Below, piece by piece: positions 24,221 to 37,667 of a stretch of 60,000 nt of DNA. Every line of letters begins with the position of its first letter. Position 1 is the stretch's first letter. The DNA lies in assembly GCA_051294905.1 (NCBI GenBank), contig CM119371.1:6016001-6076000 (forward strand), in the 5' to 3' direction. Made by a program: the position numbers and the translations under genes. The notes under the pieces are model-generated. The model was not told the origin of the DNA. It did no database searches and was given only the letters and a program-made list of their open reading frames with translations. Source of the DNA: Botryllus schlosseri. Its lineage: Eukaryota.

Positions 24221-27200
24221 TCAGTTCTGCTGCGGGCGTATCTGCAGAAGTGGGAATCATTTAGGCTACGCCAACATCTGATCAGCTTAGCGCTGTCAAT
24301 GGGTTGGTTTCTTGATAACTTATTTTGAGGTGTTATGCAGTTGTGCGGCGATGTCGAAATGCAAGCAACTCTGCAACAAACCCAACAAGATCATTGATGA
24401 GATTTGGTATTATAGAGCACGCATCTGTCTTTGCCGTTTCCGACCTTGTTCGCCCCGGACAATAATATTTTTTCTCTAGTATTTGCTTTCTATGCTATGT
24501 GCTGTGCAAGTGCGGATAAGTAATTGAAATAATTTAAACATATATGCTTTTCACATGAAATGATAAACTCGCCGACTCAGCGTATTTGTACCGGCCTGTG
24601 AAATTCAATAGTTTAGATTGGATATTTCCAATTTCAACAGTCACGAAAAAACTACCGACTTCATCGAGAAAACGCGCTACCACCCACAATACCTGAGGTG
24701 CGAGGCCGTCCCCTGCTGCAGTAGTGTAATTCAACGGCTGCCTCTGCGGCGGCACAGGCTGAAACGAGCCTCCTTGCGCCATCAGCATTCCACCGGGCCC
24801 GAGCATATTCGAAGAAGCTGTGAACACAACGGACTGTAATTCCGTGGTCGACAAAACCAACGCATTCAATTCGACTATAGATAATTCTAGTTGGTGGTAA
24901 TAAAATTTATATGCTATTTTTTGTATTTCTTTCTTATCAGGAGTTTAATACAATTCCAAAGTTTTTTGAGAAGAAACCTGTTCCGTTGCAGACTTGCGCG
25001 AAATACTCTAGTTGTAAAATCAGACTAGTTACAACGAAATGCCCGTAAACTAATTCGAATCTAATTTGTGAAATGTTTCAATGCTCAAATTTTAATTCCA
25101 GTCTAATTTCAGATATTCCTGAAGATGTTACATAACTGTATTGCAAGAAACTAGCCAAGTCTGGACTACAGACATTTGCCATTGTCAGGTTTATGGTAAT
25201 GAAATCAGATTTGATACGAATTGAACTTAATTTTGTTGTGTTTCTTTTTAAGCCTGAGTTTTAATTCTATTTGCAAGTTTTTGCGAATTCAGTAATTCTA
25301 ACTCTAATCAATTTCGTAAAATCTGATAATCTTGTCGTTCCCAACTATGATTCAATTGAAATCACTCACCGAAGTAGACGCCGGGCTGGTGCGCGCCCGC
25401 GTACGAAGCCCCAGCCGACGGGTCCGCGTACATAATCGGCGCCGGCAGATAGTGATATCCGGAGTTGCCCGGATGTATGAAAGGCACGGACTTGATCGCG
25501 GACTTGCCGGACTGCGGCATCTGTTGCAGGGTGGCGTAGTTGATGTGACGCGTCACGTATTTGCCGTTCGCGTTTTTGGTGACTTCGTAAAAGGAAGACT
25601 TCTCCCAGGCGCCGACGCGTTGGCGTTTAGGCTTCGTCTGGTAAGTCCAATCTGCGAAAAGTATGATGGATTGAGAGAATCTTCATCTGTCAACCATACA
25701 AATCAGCAACACACTTTACAAAGATGCAATTGAGTGAATATTATATACAGATTAGCTCGATAAAACCGAGTCACCAAACAGAGGCCGACGAACATTTTAG
25801 GATTTGCCAAATTGGATTAGAATTAGAATTATGAGAATGGCAAACGTCTGCACAGCAAGCTTGTCTCGTTCCGCACTCTAATACTGATCGCCGGTAGTAT
25901 TTTCAGCAGAAATTACATTATAATTATAATATCAAAACATATCCCTAATTAGATTATAATTAGAGCATAAACCATTTCACATATTACATTACCTGCATTT
26001 CGCTCAATTACCAACTAGAATTATCTAGTTATCCAAGTCTGCAGGTCGGGAGCATCTTACTACAGAAGTGTTTACACTTGAAACTTTGAATTAAGTTACG
26101 AAAGTACAAAAGTAACCCGAACAGTTTCTGTTCTTACAGAGTAGCCTACAATAATAAAGGCAGAGCGGGCGACTCAAAAGCGTTAAAGAAAGACAGATGA
26201 AAGGTCAAGATCGAACAGTGTGACATCGAGTGTTAGGCCGAGGTGGTTGTAGAGTTGGTCATTGTGTTACTTGAGTTGCTGACCACCTCTGCGTGTGTAT
26301 CGCATTGTGTGTCTGGAACGAATGAATAGCCTAAAACAGAATCCGCTTATTATAAAAGTGGGCAGAAAATGGGATCAGGTATAACCACTAAACACTGCCG
26401 GGTGCCGGCTTACCGGGATGGTCCTTTCTGTGTTGGCTCTTGATCTTCTCCGCCTCGTCGAAGTACGGCTGCTTCTGTTCCAGCGTCATTGTGCGCCATT
26501 TATCGCCCAGCATGACGCTAATGTCCGCGTTCGTGATGTCTGATAAAGTCGATTGTATAGGAAGAGGGCGTACAACAGATTTACATATGGGAAATCAGAC
26601 AATCGGCGTACATGCCCACGTCCGAGTAAAGATAAGACACACAAACTTAGGGTTACCATATGTCCTCTTGTAGGGGTATTTGTCCTACGATGACGCCTAA
26701 ATGTCCTCCTGCACAGCTTTGACAGCTAGGTTAATGGACAGGGTCAAGTGAAAATTGCGGTAAATGACGCGAACGTAATGCGGACGCTCGAGCGGGTCAT
26801 TCGGGAGTGATGACTTTCTTCTTAGTCAACACAACAAGATTTCCAGCAAATATTCAAAAATCAGCTGTTTTCAATTTCGGTTAACTAACTATTATGATTT
26901 GATAGAAGTCTCCTCCTTCCCGATTTCAAAACATGGTAATCCTACACTAACTTGATTGTGATTGTTCCATAACATTTGAAAGAAATACGAATTTGCTGTT
27001 TGCTAAACCCTCTATTATTGTCAAGTATCGCTTATAATTGCGCCATCGGAATTTAACGAAGCTTTCTTAATAGTTCCAGTAGTTTTCACGCATAACTTAT
27101 CCGAAACAAGTTGTCAGCTTACTTTTTAAACAGTTCCGATCAACACTTGCGCCGTCGTGACATACGCACACAGTATACCATGAGCTGTATACTACGAAAC

Positions 27201-30200
27201 CGTGCCGAAAATACCTTCCGAACTACTGAATCAATTTAAAATTTCATGTTTCATTTCTCTTTGAACAAGCGAAGGAACAATTTCTTGCATTTTGTAATTC
27301 AGATATAAACTTCTAGTATATTCGGCGGACCGGTAGTATAGGAAACATGCCGCAGACCGGCACCGAGCCGCGGACTGGCGGTTGCGAACCAATTCTAAGC
27401 CAAAAGTTTTGAAAAGATGAAATTATTAATAATAACTGAGCTGGGGTATACAAGTCTACGCGATTATTTCGGGCTTAGGCTTGAAGGGTTAGCGTGAAGT
27501 TACCAAGTTATCTACCCGGGGATAGCCTGTCAATTTCTCGCGTGCTAGACTATTCGTACCCGGGTGATTTTTGGCCAGTTCGGGGCGATGCTGCTTCGCC
27601 CACACCATGAACGCGTTCATCGGCCTTTTGATCTTCGGCTCTTTCTTCTTTTTCTGCTTCTTAGCCTTCAGCTTTTTCTCGCCAGACCCGTTCGAGGCAT
27701 CGTCAGGCTCGTTTTCCTCGCCCAGCATCTCCTCCTCGCCTTCGATCAGGATAGGATGCCGAGACGGGTCGTAGGAACGTATCTCCTGAAATCTGAATGC
27801 GGAGAACATTCTTACGGATACAGAATACTGACTTGGACGACTACATAATTCTAGTCGTATAATTAGAGTATTTTGAGCGAATGTAACTCCAATCATATTT
27901 CTAGTTTTCGTCAAAATGCTACAGGAGAATTGTATAGTGCGAAGCGATATAAGCTTGGTGTACAGACATTTGCCAATATTGGGTTTATGAGAATGAACGC
28001 GAATGTGATATGAACTAAAACTGATTTTTCATTCTAATTAGGAACGTAATTCAATTTCCAATTAAAAAAACTGAAAATTTTCTAGCTGTTCAGTGTCCAA
28101 CTCTAATACAATATATATGAAAGGGTGAAGAAATTAGCCACAGTATACCATGGGTCGGACTAGCATGTTCTGACTGATACACCGGAGGTATCCCATTCCC
28201 CCGTTGGCGTTTTGGAAGTTTTGCCTGCAAGACAAATCGCGTTAGGAACGACAACGCCATATACAACTATGACGTCATAATACGAAAACAGGAAGTTGCT
28301 AGCGACGCTAGGTCGGCAATCAACATGTCGCTAGTCGCTACCAATCTCCTACCGCCACAAAACGGAAATTGTTCTGTGTGGAATCCCGCGTCGGTTAATT
28401 CCTTATTGAATTGCAAGGTGTGAAATAGACGAAAATGACTTGATGGTTTTGATAGTCGTAACGCAACATGAGGATAGGTTATACCAAGCACCGCGAGCTT
28501 ATAGGGTGGCAATGAATGTCATATATAAGATTTCTGATACGCGGACATACATTCACGTGACACATGAGCATTGAGCATGCGCGTTTAAGTTCGGGTTAGC
28601 GCCACGCTTAATTTGGAATAAAGTCACACGCTCAATTGTCCTTATTGATTGTGCCGCATACTCAAATTAAGGGCATCGATTATATTTCTGTTAACAAAAT
28701 CAACGTTACCCTTGCGATACTCACTCGTTAGGATGTTGTCTAGTAGTTTGCACGAACTGTCTGTTTTTGTAATACGCATCCTGCGGAGGCATGAAGGCGC
28801 TTCCTTCGGCGGAGACATAAGGATCTAAAATTCAAAGCAATCATTTCACGTAAACGCAAATGTACAATAGAATTCGCGGTTACCTTCGGAGCCCAAAACC
28901 CGCGCGGACATGCATTGGTCTTGCGGCCACATAAACGACGAACCCGATACAGATGCTATTTCGCCCTACACAATGTTTTGTAAAATTAAATACAAGAAAT
29001 GTGTACGTCTACGAACAGAATCGGGCCGCGGAATCCTCCATTACAAATGTCGCGACACTAATTACAATCTCGCCGCGTAATTAGCAAACAAGAGTCAATC
29101 TCAATGTCGCGTGAGGTCGCCGGAAATTGCAAAAATTGCTTTTGCGAGGCTATAGGCCAGACTTTCCCGCCTTGTGCCGATGACAGACATTATGGAATTG
29201 CAAAATGCAGCGCCAGGGGGCTTGAACATGAACACCGTCTTCGCAAGCTGCAAAACGACCTTCACTTCGACCAATTGTTTCCAATTGTTTCGATTTGTGG
29301 AGCGCACATAAACAATCGGCGAAAAGACTCGATAAAATAATAGTAACTAAAACCGGTCAAACAGTTATATTCAATTGAAATATTCCTTCAGTTTCGCAAG
29401 CATCATCAAGACCTTTGGATTTACCAAATTATAGTGACACTCATATTATACGGTGTTTTGGCATCAAATGCAAAGTCTGTTAATTATTTTTTGTGAGCCG
29501 ATGGTATAGTTCAGTGGTTCTTAACCTTGCCCCCAGCGCCCCCCAGGGGGCGCTGACGATTTTGAAGGGGGGCGGAAACGCTCAGGGGGCGATATGGGGG
29601 GCGCTGGGCTCAGGGGGGCGGTATGGGGGGCGCTGGAGAAAAATGGCTTCGCAGTAGATGATGTGGTGATAGGACATATCCTTAATGAGTATTCAGAGCA
29701 AATTAACACCGAAAACTTCGTCACATATAGCCATATATGCATATAATTGTCCATGGGCGCCTAAATGACTGACACCGAATGTTCCTGTCTTGGCAATCTG
29801 AACCCCAGAAGACGTATGTCAGTGAAGAAATACCTATCTGAAATCGTGTGCGTCTTTTAGTTTAGTACGATTGGGCGACAGGGATATTCCTGTTGGGCGA
29901 TATCCCCGTTGAGCGATTCTATATTTTTTGATATTGCAGACAGGGGGTCACGAAATAACATCATGCAACGAAGTCATACCGACGGGTTCGCCCGCCCGAA
30001 TATGTTTAATTATTAGTAACGGGCCCTACAGTTTCCTAGAAACCTCACAATGTTCGCTTTAAGTTTTGATGAGTCTGCGCACACTCAACAACTCACTGCG
30101 CTGACCCCTGGACAACAGTGCGTATCGACTAAAAAAAGGTCATAACTTCGGATTTGTTGTGCGCAACGTAGATTTTCTGTGCGCGGAGACCGTGTCAGCA

Positions 30201-31488
30201 CTGCGCACGTGCGCAGCTTAGAGGGAACATTGCACCTCACTCAGCTCTACCGGTAAATGTGTTGTTTACGTGAGCAGAGAGAGGATAAGAATTAATCTCA
30301 ATTTACATGCAATTCCCGATGATATTGACCAATTCAATCATTAATTAGTGAAATTTTTCGCGCTTCGCGCGACTAGGCGAGAATAGCTGCCTCAGTAAAT
30401 GGACAGTTGGACACCCAATGTAGATACCTAATAGACTTTCAGCAAATAGAGGACAGCTTAATGGGGGTCTGGGAGTGAAGTCCCCCGGAAGCTTGGTTTA
30501 TCACCCGATGGGGGCCCAGGACCAACGTTTTTTGTTTGGGGGGGGGCTGACGAAGTGCTGTTACGGCCCTGGTAACGAATAATTGTACCTGCGGGCACGC
30601 CCGGATATGTTTAATTATTAATTACGTGCCCTTTATCTTCCTATACAACAGCTCACTCAGTTTATCGCGACTTATATATGTAATTACCACCAATTCATTC
30701 ATGCATTATAGAAAATTTTGGTACCTAGGGCGACCAGGCCACACAAACTTTGCTGACCATCGAAATCACGATAGGGGGTTCGTGGGTGCGAATCCCTCAG
30801 AAGTTCGGTTTATCACGCTATGGGTGCGCAAGGCAATCGTTTTTAGGGGGTTGACGAAGTGCTGTTACGGCCCTCCCTCTTACTCATTGTCTTTATTACA
30901 TTCCTTACATTATGAAGTTGGGGGGGGGGCGCTGGAGCACGATAATGTTTGAAAGGGGGCGCTGGAGGAAAAAAGGTTAAGAACCACTGGTATAGTTATT
31001 GCAGTAGTTTTTCTTCACGCGACACGTACTGACCTGTTGCTGGATCATTTTACCATTGCCTTCCGTGTACAAAGGCTGGAAACCGCAATTTTCCAATCGC
31101 ACAAAATTCTTTGTTTCGAAACCTTTCGAGCCTAAAGAGTTACCATAAGCGGATTACCTATAATTTAAAAAAAAGGCTTTAACTCACCCTCATCGGTACA
31201 CGGTTTCTTTGAACCATCCAATTGTGCTAAGTTGAAGCTGCAATACAATCTTACAGTTATAGTGGCTATTGCAATTAGTAACAAATTCTGTCCTTATTCG
31301 ATCTATACATATACAAAAACACTTGCCTAGTCGCTAATATATCCGTCGTCGCCGTCGAAGCCTCTCCTATAATCAGAAAATGTCATAAACTAGTTATCCC
31401 TCACTGAATATGCGATTGTAGCCTTGACAGTACCTGAACACTCGGTCTGAGTTCTCTTGGCAGGCCTGCGTACTGACGTTCTAGGCAT
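24221..31488 (-). CDS. SoxH: SoxH/Sox30-like HMG-box transcription factor, 11 coding exons, 403 aa (N-terminus may extend further)
   Basis: Phase-consistent exons 31488-31434, 31366-31327, 31237-31188, 31131-31034, 28965-28884, 28824-28725, 27792-27560, 26539-26414, 25651-25370, 24817-24693, 24241-24221; HMG box [77 protein letters not shown] resembles Sox30; AATAAA at 24092-24097; an in-frame upstream exon candidate lies at 31882-31803. Confidence 0.85.
26648..26944. mobile_element. MITE of the TAGGGTTACCAT family in a SoxH intron
   Basis: TIR TAGGGTTACCAT...ATGGTAATCCTA; TSD cacaaact/cactaact. Confidence 0.75.
29512..30989. mobile_element. Non-autonomous hAT element in a SoxH intron
   Basis: TIR CAGTGGTTCTTAACCTT...AAGGTTAAGAACCACTG; 8-bp TSD GTATAGTT; gggggcgctg subterminal repeats. 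Confidence 0.92.
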
Positions 31489-33108
31489 CTAGATAAAATG
31501 GTCAATGCATCTGATCATAAACTCTCTGAAATTTCTAAATAGCTTGCACAAATTAGCCTGCTATATTTCACTCACCGCGGATCGTACTTTGGGTAAACAC
31601 TTCTTGCGCATTTTAATGTTAAACTTGATAAATCAATTTTTTGCTAAAAACCTCGTCTTAATTGAATCGATGAACAAAATCTATGTGATTTGGAAACACC
31701 TGCTTTCTGCAATGACCGTAAACTTTGCTCACTAGTTCCTTATATTGACGGGTTTGTACTGTCACAATGGAGCCGAGTTCAATAGAAATGGGGTTAACTT
31801 ACGCTGTTTCCTTCACCCGAGGCGGTTGATTCGTGGTGAGGAAATTCTCCAGCAGACGATGTCTGGGCGTTTTCAAGAGGTGCTGGAAAACAAGGTCGAC
31901 GCGGTTTATATATATGGTAGTGAGAAATTCAAATATTAAATTCGTCATAAGCGGCAAATATCGGAGTTCTCATCGGCGCAGGCAAGCTACCAGCACGCTC
32001 CTCCAGTGCGTTCTGATACTTACATGTCAATATTCACCTTGCTGTTAACGCAATACTTTGTCGAATCTTAGATATGTAGCACAGTTTAAAAGACGAGGCT
32101 ACCATAAGTTATAATAACCAAGCTCGACACTACGCAACTGCGCATCGAGACGAGTATCTTCATTATTATGACGTCAGAATCATGCAGACATCTCGTCAAT
32201 TTGCAGGTTCGCTCGAGCTCAATCAGCAATGAGACTATATGCGGCCATTTTTAGGCATGGTCTGGTCACGCAGAATCCATCTCTATAGGGTTGAGTGTCA
32301 CCCGGACATTGCAGCATGGAATCCGCATGTGCCTGTATCTGGATAGGGGATTTAAATAGCTCGTGTTATATATTCGGGTTTTTATGTGGAGAGTCGCCAG
32401 ACAACTGCTACCTACGATCACTTGATGTATAATTGTGATTGCGAATATAATTCCAAATCGGTATAATTCCAGTTGAATGTGTTTCTACCATAATATGCAA
32501 CCAACAGTTGCAATATAATTTGAAGGTCGTTAGTATTCTGCGTCTTCTTGGCGGCAGTCAGCATTATACGATAGATTTATGTATTAGATTGTGTCGGGCT
32601 CTTGTAGCTTACAAAAGTAAATCTGGTTATATTATCAAGCTACAGAAATTTTTGCAGCAAAGAATATATTCGCCCTTACGCTATAGTTGAAGATTTTTTA
32701 CGAGAGTGCAACGAAGTCTTAATCAAAAGCGGAGGGGATATCAAATTTACGGAACGTAAAGGAGAGTTTCACATAGCATGAAAGTGAAATGAATACAACT
32801 TCTACGGATTTTTTGGGCCTGCTGTAAATGACCATTGACCATGACCATTGTAGTCGACAAACACCATCAATTCCACAAACAACATCAACAACCACACTCT
32901 ATTTGTGGAAAATTGAAGCATTGTAACCTCAATTACAGTCCGCCTTCATAGATTTACTCATTCTATCATATCTATTTGATCATGCAATAATAGCTCCAGG
33001 GGTTCTCAACCCGCGGCCCGCAGACGTTTATTCTGCGGCATTATGAACGCAATTATTACTGACACTGAGTTTGTAACTCTGAGTGGTAAAATGAATTTGC
33101 ATTCTCAG

Positions 33109-34048
33109 CAGAGATGAGCGGATTTGAAATTTCTATGTCCTAATCCAATCCAAATCCGAACCTACAAATCCAAATCCTAATCCATAACCTTTACATATTC
33201 AAGTCCATGTCCAATCCTAATCCGATTCCAACTGGAATTCAGAAAAAATACTAATTCATGCAATGGAGGGATTCGAAAATTTTATTTCACAACCAACGAT
33301 TCACTTGATTCAAGATAACTTAGTAACCATACGTACATTAATAACTGATCTGAATAAAGTTTGTCGCCATTAGGGCTGGGCACAATGATTCGAGTACTCG
33401 AATCTGAATCGAGTATTAATTTTGATGATTCGAGTCGAGTAGTAAAATACGATTTTTTCGAGTACTGGAATTATACGCTCCGCCCAACTGAAAGTTAATT
33501 TACTAACGGGAGTTATAGTTTTGATACTATTTTCCAATGAGGAAGCCTTAAAACCTTGATTGGCGGTATCGCAGCATACGAGACAGTACAAAGCTTGGGA
33601 CATTACTGGCAATAACACACTTCCGAAGTCATGATCATCCCACCACATTGTCAAGAAGTGCAATGAAATCGGGATGGTCGAAAAAATACCAAAGTATCTT
33701 TAATGTGACGGATAAGAGGCATTATGTTCTTCGTGGGGGCATAAAAGGTACATTTTGAACTTTGACATAGTACATTTGGTTGTGACGTCAAAATGAGTGA
33801 TACTCGAATACTCGACTCGACTCGAAGCATTTCACGTGATTCAGAATCGAATCACCCAGGTACTCGATTTTGCCCAGCCCTAGTCGCCATTCGCCACGCT
33901 ACATTTCAATCTCCCAGAAAATAGGTCAATCCAATCCAAATCCTAATTCGTTCTGAAAAAAATGTCTAATCCAAATCCAATCCAAATCCGAGAAAATTTC
34001 ACAAATCCTGTTCTTTCAAAACCTAATCCTAATCCATGCTCATCTCTG
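33109..34048. mobile_element. hAT-type MITE with AATCC repeats, nested in 32997-34990
   Basis: TIR CAGAGATGAGC...GCTCATCTCTG; TSD ATTCTCAG. Confidence 0.92.
33371..33882. mobile_element. hAT MITE (TAGGGCTGGGCA), nested in 33109-34048
   Basis: TIR TAGGGCTGGGCA...TGCCCAGCCCTA; TSD GTCGCCAT. Confidence 0.95.
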
Positions 34049-35275
34049 ATTCTCAGATATAAATGGAAATCTGATGTGTCATACTTGTCGAAGAACAGTT
34101 TTCGTAAGTCGTAACGAAGCGTAGAAGCTTAAAACGATACCGCGACAGTTTCGTCAGGAGTTAAACAAATGTTAACTATAGGTGTCAAGCCCAGCAATCT
34201 ATATTTCGAGGCATTGTGAAATTGCCAACGACGTTACAGACACATCGTTCAAAATTGCTGGGCTAAACCCACGAAATCTGCTAGAGAAGGTGTGACTTCA
34301 ATAAAACTCTGCGAGTATTTGTTGTTTCCGGAACTTAGCAGCAATGACAACATCACCTGACATATGTCGAAGCTACAGTTGTCTGGTTCAACCGTGGCCA
34401 AAAAGAGTTACAGCAATGTCAGTCGATCTTTTATCGAATGTTCTGAAACACGTAGTTGCGTAGACTACTTTATCCTAGCAATGGATGAATTCACCGACTC
34501 CACAGACATTGCATAGCTATTTATCTGGGAGCCTTTTATCGGAGTGGACATATTTGCAGAGAAAATACTGGTTTGGCAAACGTGGGAGGGGGGACAGCAA
34601 AAAACATCAACTTTAAAAAGATGACTTCTGTAACTAATGATGCAGGGTCCCCGCCATGGAATGAAAGGAGAAGGGATGATTGGTTTGCTCAGAAATGACC
34701 CCGAACGCCAAACTTCTCATATCACTGAGAGCTCATTGCGACAATGGCCTCTGTAACGAAAAAGTTACCGTAATTTTATACATGCTCGCTCCCGCTTTGA
34801 AACAGAGAGTTCAGTTCGCTGTTAAAAGGGTTTAAAAGGTGTATATCGGCCCGTATACGACTGGTAAATAGGCTACAGTAGCCTAAATTTGATACTAGCC
34901 CACAAATACATGGTAATAATGTTCTGCGGCCCGCAGCGTCATTTGCTGTTAAAATGCGGCCCGTTATACAAGGGAAGTTGAGAACCCCTGAGCTATACGA
35001 TCAATCAGGCTATCAGCTCCTATTTGTGAAATATTCAAACGACGACGCGTGTAACCACTGTGGCGAGTTGGAAATGAATGGCGTCATATACTGCAGAGAC
35101 GAAAATTTGGAGCATTCCGTTTTCGGGCTAGGCCACTGGTCAGATGCACTTCGGGTCACCTAGTTTGGGTTGTGGATATTTTTTGAGTACTGGTTTTCAG
35201 CCTGCGGGTCGTTTTCTTTTTTTCTAGGGTAGCAGCGGAGGTGCTAACCATGTTAGTTTCATGTGATGATCCTGT

Positions 35276-35594
35276 GTGGCGAGATAGCGTAGTGGTATGA
35301 TATAGGACTGCAGTGCAACACCAATGGGTTGTGTGTTCGAGTCCGACTGAGTCGACTCCAAACGTAAGTGTTGGAGGTATATCTAGGCTCCTCCTCTCCA
35401 TCCGATCCGCGCAAGCGGTGTCATAAAAAGCCTAGAAGTGGGCCGTGGTACAAGTCGGCAGATACGGAATCAAAAAATGACAATCGGCCTGATGTACCAA
35501 TCATGGTAATCGACAAACACCATGAATAGCACAAAGCTTCCTGAATAGGCCGTGACTATAGGTCCGGGCGAAAGCGCTGGCCTCTATTGTTGTA
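35276..35594 (+). mobile_element. tRNA-derived SINE, degenerate
   Basis: A-box TAGCGTAGTGG and B-box-like GTTCGAGTCC followed by a non-tRNA body; 3' end approximate. Confidence 0.55.
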
Positions 35595-36199
35595 ATCAGG
35601 GTTGATTGCGCACCATTTTCAAATGGTAAATTCGATCGCGACCATTAGAGGTTGGGAACCACTGCTCTATAGAGATGTATCATCAGTTTTGACTGTGTTC
35701 CAGCTAATGACAATTCTAAAGATTAATAACTGAGCTTATCCTGAGTAGGCTCAGCCTGAATATCGGCGGTAGGATTACGCACCACAAATATATGGAACCC
35801 CATGGGCAGATCTAATATATCGCTCTTCTGACTAATGGACATGGACAATCGGCATCAATCACTGGTTTGCTTGAACCGCAGTGCGGACTCATCGACTCCG
35901 TTGTCGAAATACTTGTTCAATGTTCACTTATGTTGTAATATTGCTATATGCCGTAAAAGTATGCTAGAGTTTTAATTTCGTCAGCGATCAACCATAAACC
36001 AACTTGAAAATGCAAGAATGGAAGGCAATGCATTTTCTGTTCGATTGCACACGGTGAATTCCGGTAAGTCCCCACACCATGCTAATATATTTTGATGTAG
36101 GCCTACTGTTACCTGCTTGGCAATTTATTTCCTCTTTGTGGTCGCCGATTTCAATGCGGAAAGTAATTCATTTGCGAATTACATCAACATAATTTTAAG

Positions 36200-36545
36200 G
36201 AAAGGAAAGGACGTAGTTTATTTTTGTCCTTGATGTTGTTTTTTTTGCAGCATATACACCGACTCATGATATACATACATACACACGATCTGCGCATATG
36301 CATACCATGAGTGCATGATGTGCATATGCCGCTGGACAAGGAAGTGCAGATATAGCCGTTACGACTTTCTAAGTCATGCACCACCCCTCCATGCTATCCC
36401 AGTAATGCATGAGCGCCAAGCAGGGAAGCCATGGATATCAGATCAGTGTTACTAATCAGGTCTTTGGTCTGACCCGGCCGGGAATCGAACCCACGACCTA
36501 CCGATCAAGAAGCCGGACGCTTAACCATTACGCTATCTTGGCTAC
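36200..36545 (-). mobile_element. tRNA-derived SINE
   Basis: Minus strand GTAGCCAAGATAGCGTAATGG (A box)...GGTTCGATTCC (B box, 36481-36491), continuing into a non-tRNA body; 3' end approximate. Confidence 0.7.
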
Positions 36546-37667
36546 CTCAGTATAAAGTCGATTAATTTCCCGCTAATCAACAACGTAATTTCCTAAATAA
36601 TTTGCAATGCCTTCATCTCTATTACAGGGACTTCTCAGGGTTAAACACGTGCAAAAAGCATCACCACTCACCATTCCTTCAGGGATGTTCAGCTCAGGTT
36701 ATGTATGGAATGTCTGCTATACGAACCAGTCAATCCTTGGTCATGGCCAAGTAACGAAATTTACCACGACGCCCATTTTGGAGAGTGGTGGAAATTTGCA
36801 TTCGGAATTGGGCCGCTGTTACTTGTTGGAATTAGTCAAATTTGCTGTAAGCTATTTTTTTGGCAATCTACTTTGTCAGTGAAATTTGGAAAAACAGTTT
36901 ATTATTTCGAACGGCCCTAATGCTCACGCCAGGTAGCTCTAAAATATGCTATGTTTTAAAATATAGAATAATAAATAATTCCAACTAGTGAATTAATAAG
37001 TACAAGGCGTACACGCCACATTAGCAATTCAACCCCAGTTCAGACATTTAAAAAATACATGCTACCAGACTACCAGTACTTCATCAAACGGAATGTAGAT
37101 GATTGTATATTTCAACAGCCATATTGTAATGAAACTGCTGTGACAACATGTTGAGAGCAATTTCTCAGTGCAATTGTTTCGATGAAATTTCGAGATAAAA
37201 ATTTCGATAAAAACGCACTCACCATCTTTGCGAGATTATACCGACCGACTCAACGATTCTTTTTTCTTCTATGTTCTTCTACTCAAGTTCATGCAGGTTT
37301 GACCTTTCGTAACCTTGTGTCCTTTTGACCACACACCGCTAATATAGCTCGATCAGTTGTTCGAGACATACTATGTGATATTCGACTGACATACTTGTAG
37401 CGTGGAAATTGAATTTTGGAAAAGGGTTTTGATGACTTTGGTCGGATTCGAATTAATTGTTTATTGGTCGATATTACGTACTTGCGCTGCGCTTTTGTTA
37501 GCACTCTTAGCAGCATTTGATTTTTTTCGCCGACTGTGATTGCGGTGTGGAACTATTACGCTATCACAATTCAATCATTGATACTGAACTGTGAATGAGC
37601 CCCTTGTCGAGAATCGATATAAGGATGTAGGTCAAATATGCAGATGCAGGCCTACACCAACGATGAA

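Larger units (their letters stand above)
32997..34990 (+). mobile_element. Decayed hAT (Buster/Spin-like) element with transposase relics
   Basis: TIR CAGGGGTTCTCAAC...GTTGAGAACCCCTG; relic YFILAMDEFTDSTDIA*LFI at ~34465-34525; TSD not evident. Confidence 0.75.

Noticed and set aside
25332..25733. Plus-strand ORFs overlapping SoxH exons (also 26440-26673 and 27564-27848)
   Set aside because: Antisense shadows of GC-rich coding exons
36470..36545. tRNA gene
   Set aside because: A and B boxes are present but there is no convincing acceptor stem, and the sequence runs on into a SINE-like body
36607..36920. Plus-strand ORFs with a hydrophobic stretch
   Set aside because: I could not build a phase-consistent gene model or recognise a family
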